DNA from: Geosiphon pyriformis uo1
Lineage: Eukaryota > Fungi > Glomeromycota
Direction: 5' to 3'
NCBI GenBank assembly: GCA_016748015.1
Contig: JAAOMT010000752.1
Location: 380,976-444,975 of the forward strand
Length of the DNA stretch: 64,000 nt
Shown here: piece after piece, positions 53,015 to 64,000 of the stretch
Layout of the letters: every line of letters begins with the position of its first letter
Position numbering within the stretch: the first letter of the stretch is position 1
Program-made: the position numbers and the translations under genes
The notes under the pieces: model-generated
Database searches by the model: none
What the model was told of the DNA's origin: nothing
The model's input: only the letters and a program-made list of their open reading frames with translations

Positions 53015-55130
53015 GAAAATAAAAAATTATTTTAATAATATAATAAATAGTATGAGTATTTTAATTTTTTTAACAATTTAACAATTAAAATTTCATATTA
53101 ATTTTAAGAATTTGGAGATTGTATCTTCTTAATGTAAATTATTTTCTCTTATTGAGATTCCGAATTTTTAAATATATTTTTAGTTAAATTTTCCAAAAAT
53201 AGTATAAATATTATACATTTTTTATAGTATTTAAAATTTTAAGTTGAAAAATTAAATTTAAAAACAACGACTAAAATTTTGTAATAATGCAAAAAGAAAT
53301 ATTAATTTTTACATATTTTATGCATGAATATTAAAATATTTTTAATAAAAAAATTATTGTCTAAAATTATTTTTATATTAAGACTGTATATAAAAAATAT
53401 TAAATTTTTATAAAAATTATTTATTATATCATAAAAACAGTTTTAATTTTGAAAAAAATGATTTAAAATATTGCTAAAATTAATTTTCGATTTTTAAACA
53501 AAAAAATCCAACCAAATTTGTTGAAACTGTAAAAAAAGTTATTTTTAATTTAACAGTATGTTATTTATTTTAATGTTTTTTAAATAATATTTTTTAATTA
53601 ATTAAAACTTCTTATAAGTAATAAAATATTTTTAAGTTGAAATTTAAATGGGTTTCATGTATTTTATTAATTATAAAAATCTTATAATCATTTTTTTAAG
53701 CACCTTTAAAATATAATTTTTATTGACCTAATCAAATTATTTACTTTTTAATTAAAAATTGTTTTAATTCAATAATTTTGTTTAGTGTTTACTTTTTTAT
53801 TTCTATTTTAATAATATTTGATCCTATTTTTACTGGTTATATAATTAAAAATATTTTTCGGTGGATTTTTTTATTCAATAATGAATAATATTCACTAGTG
53901 TACAAGAATAAGATTTTATAACAAACCACAACAACGATTTTAAAGCTGATTTCTATATTATTTACATAAATAAAGTCTATTTCAAATTTTAAACTTAATA
54001 ATTTCTGCTGAGAAAATGCAACAATATACCATTTATCAAAGGCCTTGAGGATTTTTATAATAGTTAAAAGACATTAGTCTTTTGATTATTAAGCTTTCTG
54101 AAAAAATAATTATTGAACCAATTCTTAAAAGTTATAAGCCATTTTTCTCCATGTTAAAGTTTATACTCCTTGTCTATATAAATTTATAATTGGAGAATAT
54201 TTATTAACTTTTATATATCATTTTATATTCTGCTCATTGAATGATATTTGCTTCTTTCTATAAGGTAGGTCATCAAATATCTAAGAATAAAATTTTAAAA
54301 TTATTGTTAACCGACTAAATATTTATTGATTTTTCCAATTGTAAATAATATTAAATATTTTGTCAAGAATTATTTTTCAAATAAAGACATTTTTGATTTG
54401 TCATATAAATGGCATTATTTATGATAAATTTCATTTCAAAAAAGAAGGTATGAATTTTATTCGTTAAATATTTTATATGTTTTAGTATTACATATTTTAT
54501 TACTTTAAAATTTGACCAAATCAAGGTTTTGGATCACCTTACGCTCTAAAATTCTGTAGAGCTTTTCAAGCACATTTTAAATTTTAAATATGTCGCTTTG
54601 AAATATTTTTTAACGGACAGTATATTGAAGGTGTAAATTATTAACGCTAAATTTTTTCTGAATATGAATTCGGCTCAATAAATATTTTGAACATAAAAAG
54701 CAGGAGACAAAAGTTATTGTAGTTTTTCTTTGAGTATTTTTTGATTTTGATCAATTTGTACTTCAAATTATCTACGAAATTTGAATTCTCTAAATTAAAA
54801 AATGTGATAATTAATAAATACTTGTTATTTAAAATACTCCCAACTGAAAAAAATTATAAAGATGGTAAAGTGACTACTCGAAATTTAAACTTTTATTTAG
54901 CACAAGGTACAAGAATAGAAAATAAAAGCAGCTTACACAAATGGTTCTTTGAGAAAATGCCTAACTGAATCCTTTTTATGCTCAATTTGATCAGGGAAGA
55001 ATGAAGTCAGGAAATCTTGGATTGACAAAAAGCAAAATTTTGATTATTCATAGCGACTATAAAGAAGTTTGAACAAATGATTTCCGATATGATATAAGTT
55101 GATATAAAAATAGTACATTTATATTGGAAA

Positions 55131-56096
55131 TTAATACCTTAAAATTCTGGAAATAGCTCTAAAGATGTGAGTTTTTTCTGTATCCTTTTCAAGTGGGAAT
55201 TTTTCCAATGCTTTTCTGTACCAGAAGAGACTTTCATGTAAATCTTTATTTCTGCCAAAGCAATATAAAAGAGTTCTACCATACTGGGCTTGCATCTTTC
55301 CAGAGCCAGAAATCGCAGCTTTTTGATAACAGCAAGCTGCTTTTCTTACATCCATCTTAATACCGCATCCTATTCGATAACAGTCCCCCAAACGAAAAAT
55401 TGCCTCTGGATCCCTTCCAATCGACTCATCCTGGATCCGCTGAAAAACTCGAATTACTTGTGCTTCATTCAATTGATTGATACGGTATAGACGTAATAAA
55501 ATCTCTGAAGAGCTTTCAGTTTCAAAAGCGGATTTTAGAAACCATTCAAACGCCTGATCCATATCCCTTGGAGTTCCTTTTCCTCTCATATAACAGCATC
55601 CTATATGAAATCCAGCCTCTTTCAAACCGTGCTTGTAGGCAATTTTAAAAGACTCCAATGCTTTATTGAGATCTTGATAATTGAGACTTTGCAGATATAA
55701 CCTGCCTAAATCAAAACGAGCAGTCAAACTACCAGCATCAGCTGCTCGTTCAAGCCAATATTTAAGATGTCGGATTCCTCGATAAGTATTGTTCGAAATA
55801 GCAATACGCGCAACTTGATATATAGCTGGCTTAAAGTCTGCATCAGCTGCTTGCAAATAACACAGAAACGCCGTATTCTGACAGTGATTTGTTCCGATAC
55901 CATTTTCATAAATGACTCCAAGAAGGTACTGGTAAATCGGTTGTGTTTGATTGTTTCTAAACAGTTCGAAAACTTGTTTGGGTTCATAGTCATTCTCATC
56001 GATCCATTCTCTTAATTTGTGACACAAGGGTAAATTATCATCTGGAATGTCAAGTTCCCGGCGTAGCGCATGAATAAGATTTTGGAGAGTTTCCAT
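55131..56096 (-). CDS. Sel1-like repeat (HCP-like) protein, 321 aa, single exon
   Basis: Repeated LGxxYxxGxG...A..WY..AA motifs (LGVIYENGIGT, IGCCYMRGKGTPRDMDQAFEWF, LGDCYRIGCGIKMD); raised GC content, CpGs retained. Confidence 0.93.
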   Translation of the reverse strand: METLQNLIHALRRELDIPDDNLPLCHKLREWIDENDYEPKQVFELFRNNQTQPIYQYLLGVIYENGIGTNHCQNTAFLCYLQAADADFKPAIYQVARIAISNNTYRGIRHLKYWLERAADAGSLTARFDLGRLYLQSLNYQDLNKALESFKIAYKHGLKEAGFHIGCCYMRGKGTPRDMDQAFEWFLKSAFETESSSEILLRLYRINQLNEAQVIRVFQRIQDESIGRDPEAIFRLGDCYRIGCGIKMDVRKAACCYQKAAISGSGKMQAQYGRTLLYCFGRNKDLHESLFWYRKALEKFPLEKDTEKTHIFRAISRILRY

Positions 56097-57180
56097 GTTA
56101 AAGAAATTAGCTAGATACTTTTAAAAAAATAAAAGTTGTGGAAAGGTTGAAAAAACTGGTGATCGCTGCAAGTTCATATAAGTTTTAGCATGATTTAGTC
56201 AACGATCGTCTACATTAAGTACAAATATATTTTTGACACAGATTTTTCAATCCACCAACGAAAACTAAGAGATAAGATTTTGGAAATTTTGAAAAAACCC
56301 AAAGAATTCTTTTCCGTATACGCTTTACTTTTTTATTGACTAGAAATGGGTTGTCCCAAGATAGTTAAAGTTTTTGGGCTTGAATGCCATGATAATCTAT
56401 ATTATTAATGATGTATAATGATATAGCATCAATACGATTAGGGTAAATACAAAATCCGAATTTATATCTCAAATCTTACGACTAGAGCAACAAACTATCT
56501 TTCTAATGTTTTAACTCTGTCAAGAAAAAATAATTTTTATTAAAGAAAATAAGGTTGGCCTCAAAGTAAACATAAACCCTGTGCATGTAGCAAACTTAGC
56601 CTCTTTTGACTGGTCAGAAAATCGATGTTTTGAATAGACATTTTTAATTGAAATTATAAAATATCATGCAGCTTATGCACCGAATACATCATTAATGCTA
56701 TAAAATTGAGATGATATTATTCATTAATTAGGAAATTTTGATAAAAATGTTTTCTAATTAAGTATACTTCAATTATAATAATATATTCTTTTCAATAATA
56801 ATGATTGTTATTTAATATATTTTTATTGGTTAAATAATCAAAGTTAAAATTTGTACTAATTATAACAAATATTTTATTATTGTGTGAATTTTAATATTAA
56901 TTTTTGAAATAAAAAAAATGAATTTACTATATTTTTTTGTTCAATTGAATTTTTTAAATTCTGACTATTGTTTACAAAGAAGGCTACTATCAAACCAATG
57001 TACCCTAAAGAATTACCTTTGACATAAATTTAGCAGATGAAGATGAACAAATAGCAAAATAATGAATAATTGGCAAAACTCAATGTTTATATAAATACTT
57101 AAAAAATGAATATGAAAATTAATTTTGATTTTGCCTTAATTGAATTTTAAAGATTTAATTTGTTTATAGATGTTACATTT

Positions 57181-58593
57181 AGAACTGTTGGACAAACCTA
57201 TAAGTTTTGACAACTGTAAAAACTATTACCAGTATTAACTAGATTTTTCAATTTTAAAAAATATATCAAAATGTCAAAACTTGTCAAAATGTCAAAACTT
57301 GTCAAAATGCCAAAATCTATCAAAATATTAAAAATATTTTTTAATAAAATAATTAATTAATTATCTAAAACTGAATTTACTAAAGATAAAGTAATATAAT
57401 CAAAGCTTTTAATATTTGCTAATAACTAATTAAATTTATTTATATCTATATTTTTATTTAATCTAATGTATTAAAGCCTTTGTCAACATCTTCAATTAAT
57501 AAAGCTATTAAAGTTTCTTGAGGATTGAAACATTATTTATGAAAGAAAATTAATATTGTTGTTTTCTGGTTTAATAAAAATAGTACCAGTTAAACATTCT
57601 TTACAAAGAGATGGTTCTAAAATATTCTTGTCATAAAATTTAAATTCATGTTTGATATTTAAATAAAAAGAATGTATAGATTCTACAAATTCTATATTAA
57701 GACTTGATTTTCGATTTTCATAAAGCCATTGAAATAAGCCTGTTGGAAAAACCTATAAGTTTTGACAACGGTAATATTTATAATCAGTATTAACTATATT
57801 TTTCACTTTAAAAAATATACCAAAAAATGTCGAAATCTGTTAAAATGTCAATAAATAAAACTGTCAATAATAGCTACAATTATTATTATAGTTAAAATTA
57901 TTATCAATAGTAAAAATTTATAAAGTATTATATCAAAAAAAAACTTTATACAAAAAATACATAGGAAATTTTACATTATATGTAAGAAAAATTTGCTTTC
58001 ATATACAATTGGACATATTTTTTATACAAATACATATGGAACTATTATATAGAATTTGAAATTTCCTTATATTTTACAAATATATTTTTAATGTGCACTA
58101 TAGTTTCTGTATATATTTCATTTATTACGTATTTACTTTATTATTTTTTAATATATTCTAAGCAAATACCAAATGAAAATTTTATTTTTCTTGTATATTT
58201 TTAATATAAAATCTACTGTATAAAATTTCTAATATATTTATAATTACTAATTGAATAAGATAAATTTTTCCTAAGCAAAATTCAATATAAAAATATAAAT
58301 AAATTAGTAAAAATAAAAATACAAATATAGATTAAAGTTTATCAAAAAACTATACAATTCCATATTTTATTTCATCAAAGTTTTAATCAAATAAATAAAA
58401 TGTATCAATCAATTAGAAAAAAGAATTTCATGTCAAGATTTTTTATAAATATTCTTTTGACATTTTGACAGAGTTTTTTAGTATTTACATAGTTTTACGT
58501 TTTGACAAGATTTTATCATATTGTCGGAGATTCTCGATTACGCAAAATAGTAAAACCCTTTTTCGTTTGCCAAGAAGTTTCTCCGACAGCTCT
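57181..58593 (-). mobile_element. Non-autonomous hAT composite with one duplicated end
   Basis: TIRs agaactgttggacaaac / reverse-complement agagctgtcggagaaac (14 of 17 match). 8-bp TSD ttacattt/atacattt. Left end repeated at 57740. Minus 57735-57550 reads QWLYENRKSSLNIEFVESIHSFY, like a hAT C-terminus. Subterminal tgtcaaaa repeats. Confidence 0.75.
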
Positions 58594-61500
58594 ATACATT
58601 TGCAAAACAGCACTTTATTTTTTTTGAGCAAAAAATATTGTAATTTTAAGTTCAAATAATTGCTAAGAATATTGTACTTAAAGCAATAATTTATAAAACT
58701 ATATGTTTATAATTGAAATTTAGAATAATTTTCAATATTATTAATTTATTCATCATTCAATTATTCTTGAATTTTCTTGTTTTCGAGAAGAGGGTATATT
58801 TTGCTTAAATATCAATTATATAATTGTCTATTAACTTAATAAATGGTTTTTAATTTCTATTTTAATTAATTTATAGATTTTCTAAATCAAATAATAGTTT
58901 TTATTTAACATCATAAGTCACCTGCTGAAATGCTTAATTTATATGTTAAGAAAATAGATTATTGTGTATAAATATAACTATTATTAAGAATTAAGAATTA
59001 AAATTAAAATTTCTGGATCCATTGGCATCTATTCAAATTTATATTAATAAAAAACAGTTTTTTACATTAATGCTTTTGCAATATTTCAATATTTTTTAAA
59101 TAAAAAAATATAATTATTGTCTTAATTGGTATTTTTATTTTGATGCTATTTAGTTATATTAATTATTTTATTAGTTACATATCATAATATCTTATAATAA
59201 AATTTGGTTATTATATAGAATTTTACACTTAACTGTTTTTTTACTGTGGGATAAAATAGTATATTATCCCCTAAAATTTTTATTACATATATTAATTATT
59301 ATAATAATATGAAAATTTTATTTTAATAAACCTAATAGAATATTATTTAAAAACAAAATAAAACAATAATTAAAGTTTATTAAATTAAAAAAATAAAATA
59401 TTTAGAAAATATTAAAAAAATTAAATATTAATTATAAATTATAAATAATGACAGCCATTTAACATTATTTTAAATTAATTATTAAATTAATTATTGATCA
59501 AATTATTAACATAAATGTTAATCTAATTATTAAATTTAGCTATATTTATTTATATAAATTTTTATTATTATTTTACAAATATAATTAAACTATTAATTAT
59601 TATTTATACAATTTAATTAATATATATTAAACATAAGTTATAATATAAACAATATATAATTAACCACTTAAATTAATTAGAACTGCTTTAATTTAAAGAA
59701 AAAATTAAGTTATTTTATTAATATAATTGTTTAATTAACTATAAATTTACCTATTAAAATTTTTATAGATTTAATTTTACCTTTTTAATAACTTTAAAAT
59801 TATTAAATTAAAAAAATTTATTGCATACAATAAAATCAAAATTATTAATTATGCTATTATTATTATATAATAAAACATATTAATCTTATTTTTAATATAA
59901 AAAAACTCTTTAAACATATTAATATTTATTTTACCAAGATTTTTAATTTAAACTTTTAAAACAAAAATCTGAAAATTTGATTTTATAATAAAAACTTTTT
60001 TAATAACCAAAAAAATTAAAACAACTAAAAAATTAATAAATTCAATTATTAACTTTATTAATCAAACAATTTGTAAATAATTTTTTAAAAAAAACTAACT
60101 TAAAATTAATAACAATATTAAAAAGACAATAGTTTTGCTATATATAAAACCAAATTAATAAAATAATTTAAAAAAAGCTTAAACAGTATAAAAACTTGAA
60201 GAAAAGTTTTAATAGATTAAAAAAACAGTTTTACAATTTTTTTTAATGCATTAATTTTATTAATAATAATATTTATAATATTTTTAAACTTAAAAATAAC
60301 AATAACATTTTTTTTATTAAATTGTAAACATAAAACTGAATTGAGTTTAGCATTTTTGAACTTTTTACAAGTAATTTAAGTGTTTATTTCATATTATATA
60401 ATCTAATTATCATATTTAGTTACATTTATATATTGTATAAATTATAAAAAAATTAACCAAAATGAATTTAAAACTCTTATAAAAAGTTATTATCTTTATT
60501 AAATTAAAAAAATTTAAAACTGTTTTTTTACTAAAATTAATTAATAAACAAAAACAGTTTTAGTAACTTTAAAAGTTTTAAAATAAACAATAATATGTTA
60601 CTATATATTAACAGACTTTAATTTAATATCAAAAACTTTATTAAAAATTACAAAAATATTCTTAATAGTATTAATAAAAATATTTTAAAAAATAAAGAGC
60701 CACAATAGTAGAAACAAATACAGATTCAAAAATTACAATAGATTTACAATTTTAAAAGAAAAATTTAGCAAGTTTAATTTTAATAACAATATTTAAGAAA
60801 ACTTAATATTTAAATTCTATATAAAAACACAATTTTAATATAAATAATTTTTTTTAAGTTCTATTAAATATTAGACTAAGTGTATTATTTCAATCTTTTA
60901 TAAAATTTATTATTATTTAACACACAATTAATTTATTTGTAAACTATTTTATTATAAATACCAAATAAATACACTTTGTAAATACTAAAATAATATATTT
61001 TATTTATTAATTTGAATAAAGTATATAAATATTTTGAACTTAATTGTAATTATAATAAGCAACTGTATTAATATTGTAGTATAATCCTTTTTCTTTTAAT
61101 ATATAGTAAAATGATACTAACTAATAATTTTTTTGCTAATTTGGTAGGTTTGTTATTATAGTTTTATTTAATTTAATTTTGACAAATGTTTTTTATAATT
61201 TTGAGTTTTTTTATAATCTTTAAATTGTAAATTATTTTGTAATTTTTTAAAGAGTTTATAATTTACATTTGTAAAAGTTAATTTAAGTTACAATTTGTAA
61301 AACATATTATATTTAAAAATGTGCAAAATACAATCTTTTTTAAAATTAGTTAAAATTTATAATAAAAATATTTAAAACTTGTTTTTACAGATTGTTGACC
61401 AGTGGTTTAAGTGGCCTAATATTAAATAATAGTTATTATCTTTTGTTTATTTAATAAAAAAAATAGTCACTTTGAAGATTTTTATGAATTTATAATTGAT

Positions 61501-62656
61501 TAAAGCTTGGTAAATAGATAACTGCACTTGCCAATTAATTAAAAAATGTATTAGTTTGACTAAAAACTAATTATAAAAAAATAATGTAGATTTTAAATTG
61601 TAATCATAGAGTAAATTAGACAAAATTAATATAAATATAATATTAGGATAGACCGAAATAAAAACTTGAAAATAAATATAAATTTGAATAATAAATAACA
61701 AATTTATGTAACTTGAAATAAAAAAATAAAAAAATAGAAGACCAAGTAAAAAAGAAATTAAGTACTGAAAAACTGATTTTTTGCAATGCTGTTTTTTTAA
61801 ACTACAAGTTAGCCTGTATTTATATTTACTTTATATGGTAAATTATTTAAAATTATATTTATTAATAATTTAATTATTAATTATTAATTAAAATTACTAA
61901 TTGTTAATTAGTTATGTAATTTAGTGTAATTTACTTTAAAATTACGAATAAAATCTTTGACTTATTTTTAATTTATTTTATTTCAAATGAATCCAATTAA
62001 GAAAATAAAAATTTTGAAATTTTTTTTAAGACTTGTTTTTATTAGCTTTCAAAATGATTCACAAAGAAACCAATAAAGCAATAATATAATTATCAAATTA
62101 TAAAGACATAAATTATATTAAATATGAGAAAATAAAATATATGTTAATAAAATTTTAATAATTAATAAAATAAAAATTGGTTCAAAGAAAATGTTCAAAG
62201 TAAATAATATAAATGCTTTTTATTATCAAAGTAAACTCACACACTAGATAAAATTCATTTGAAAGAAATTGCTATCTAGACGCAAAAACTCGAAAATGTT
62301 GTCAAAATGATCTCATATATCAGAGTCTAAGCTTTAAACCGACCTATTATATATGCTCGATATAATTAGTGTTTAATAAGTATTTATTGTATTGAATATC
62401 TAGGTATACAAGAATATGATAGAAATATATGTTTGGCAAAAGAAGTTTGGGATAAAACTTGAAACTATAAAAATAGGATAAACTGAGTTTCTAGCTGCAT
62501 ATATCATTCACTATAGATATGTCGGGAGTAAAATTTTCAACTAATCCTAGAGTTTAAGAAGACAAGTAAAAAATAATAGCATCCAAAAAAGTTTACAAGA
62601 TGCGGAAAACCCTTTGAAAGTGAGGAAGATATGAATTTAAAAAAGATAAACGTTTC

Positions 62657-62938
62657 CTATTCCATGTAATCATATGTGGGAGCATTCGTATCTATAGCAA
62701 ACCATGATTCACAATATGTATATTCACATTGAAGTTGCGTTCTTGGTACAAACACAGAGTAATTTTCACGACCACAATTGAAAATTTCATTCAAAGTGCA
62801 TTCTTGGGTTCGGGGAAGACATCCTATCTCAAACGTAGGGTCATTTAGATCAGCGCCAGCCGTTTTATTAATAAAAGCAAAAACTAAAAAGGACAAAAGT
62901 ATTTTGTTTAAGATTGATTTGGGTATCATATTAAGCAT
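62657..62938 (-). CDS. Small secreted cysteine-rich protein, ~90 aa
   Basis: Basic-hydrophobic N-terminus (KILLSFLVFAFINKTAGA), 5 Cys in the mature part, GC/CpG island in AT-rich flanks. Confidence 0.7.
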   Translation of the reverse strand: MLNMIPKSILNKILLSFLVFAFINKTAGADLNDPTFEIGCLPRTQECTLNEIFNCGRENYSVFVPRTQLQCEYTYCESWFAIDTNAPTYDYME

Positions 62939-63501
62939 CCTTTTTTTATCTTTATGAAGAAGATCGAGTTATGATAATTGTATTTTAATAAACAAAGCTT
63001 GGTAATTTGAAATTTGGCAAGCGAGATGTTTTCTTTTTATAGGAAAATTTCTGAACTTTGGGATATTACAAAAATTTAGTTAGTAGTAAAACAATAATAA
63101 TAAAAATTTTTAAAGTTATCTTCAATGGTTGAATGAAAATAACTAACTTTAGATATGCGATTGGCAGGAAAAAATCGTCTTGTATGAATAATCTAAAGAA
63201 TTAAAACATATTTATGGTCATTTAAGTTACTTAATTATTTTGACCACAATGAATTTCAAGAAAATGTACTCAATATGAATTACCTAAAAGAAATCAGGAC
63301 CATACTAGTCAGTGATAAAGATAATATACTCATACTATTTTTTATGAATATAAGATTTTGATATAAAATTCCCAGTTTTTGAACAACAAATCTAAATATT
63401 GATTTTAAGGTTTAATAGAATTAAGTCAATTAACCGATTTAATATCTTATAAAGGGACATCCTTAATATAACGTCTATGAAGAATAGAAATTTCATAGTA
63501 G

Positions 63502-63596
63502 TTATGACTTTAGCCATTTGGGATCTCTCGTGAACACATTTCGGTAGTCTGCCAATTTTAGCGTCCAGTGCAAATCTCGTCTCGCATATAATAGGC
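63502..63596 (-). other. Possible exon of a gene extending beyond the window
   Basis: Short CpG-rich segment following tttag on the minus strand; frame and product unresolved. Confidence 0.25.
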
Positions 63597-64000
63597 TAAA
63601 TTTTTTTAACTGATTATCGTTTTTAAGGAAGGCTACTATTAGAGCATTGTACATAAATTTAAACATACAAAAATGTTTAATTAGCAAAAGGATTAAGTAA
63701 TTAAGAAAAATTATTATCTCAATTAAGGATTAAAAAATGAATATAAAAATTACTTATTTCAATTGCTTGTATACAAAAACAGAAGAAATAATCTTATGTT
63801 TACCAATGAGGCTTTAAAACCATACTTTATAGCCTTAATGAAAATATGTATTTAAAAGCAATTTACAACAAAGTAACATTTTCAGAATTTTTTAATTTAA
63901 TCAAAGCATTAATACTTATAGAATTCGATGAAACTATCATAAGTATGTGAGGTGGAGTGTTAGTACACTCTATAAAAATTCACTCCTGAAAATTTTAGAA

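Noticed and set aside
53920-55080. Coding-like patches and ORF 54741-54968
   Set aside because: Stops in the frames I tried and no recognisable motif; possibly a decayed gene but not supportable.
55290-56015. Three short ORFs overlapping the Sel1 gene
   Set aside because: Shadow frames of a GC-richer CDS.

Overview
AT-rich eukaryotic DNA. The gene content (tyrosine-kinase-like [TKL] kinases, a Sel1-repeat protein, short GT-AG introns) suggests a Glomeromycotina/Mucoromycota fungus; this is inference. Two compartments. (1) 1-~40.3 kb is a nested transposon graveyard, heavily C>T/G>A mutated and almost CpG-free. It holds three Ty3/Gypsy elements (two with a visible dUTPase, all with extra coding-like DNA after integrase), a non-autonomous two-LTR element carrying a tandem array, a solo LTR, a 4.4-kb TIR DNA transposon with two convergent dead ORFs, a deleted hAT, two LINE remnants and an ORF1-only element ending in a LINE tail. 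(2) ~40.3-64 kb is genic with CpGs retained. It holds three spliced TKL kinase paralogues (one intact, one lacking the HRD region in frame, one frameshifted) plus a fragment. They are patchworks of one another and differ in an (ACA)n poly-Thr tract in the activation loop. A Sel1-repeat gene, a hAT composite and a small secreted Cys-rich protein follow. A 580-N gap lies inside the kinase cluster. All translations and alignments were done by eye; boundaries of decayed domains are approximate.
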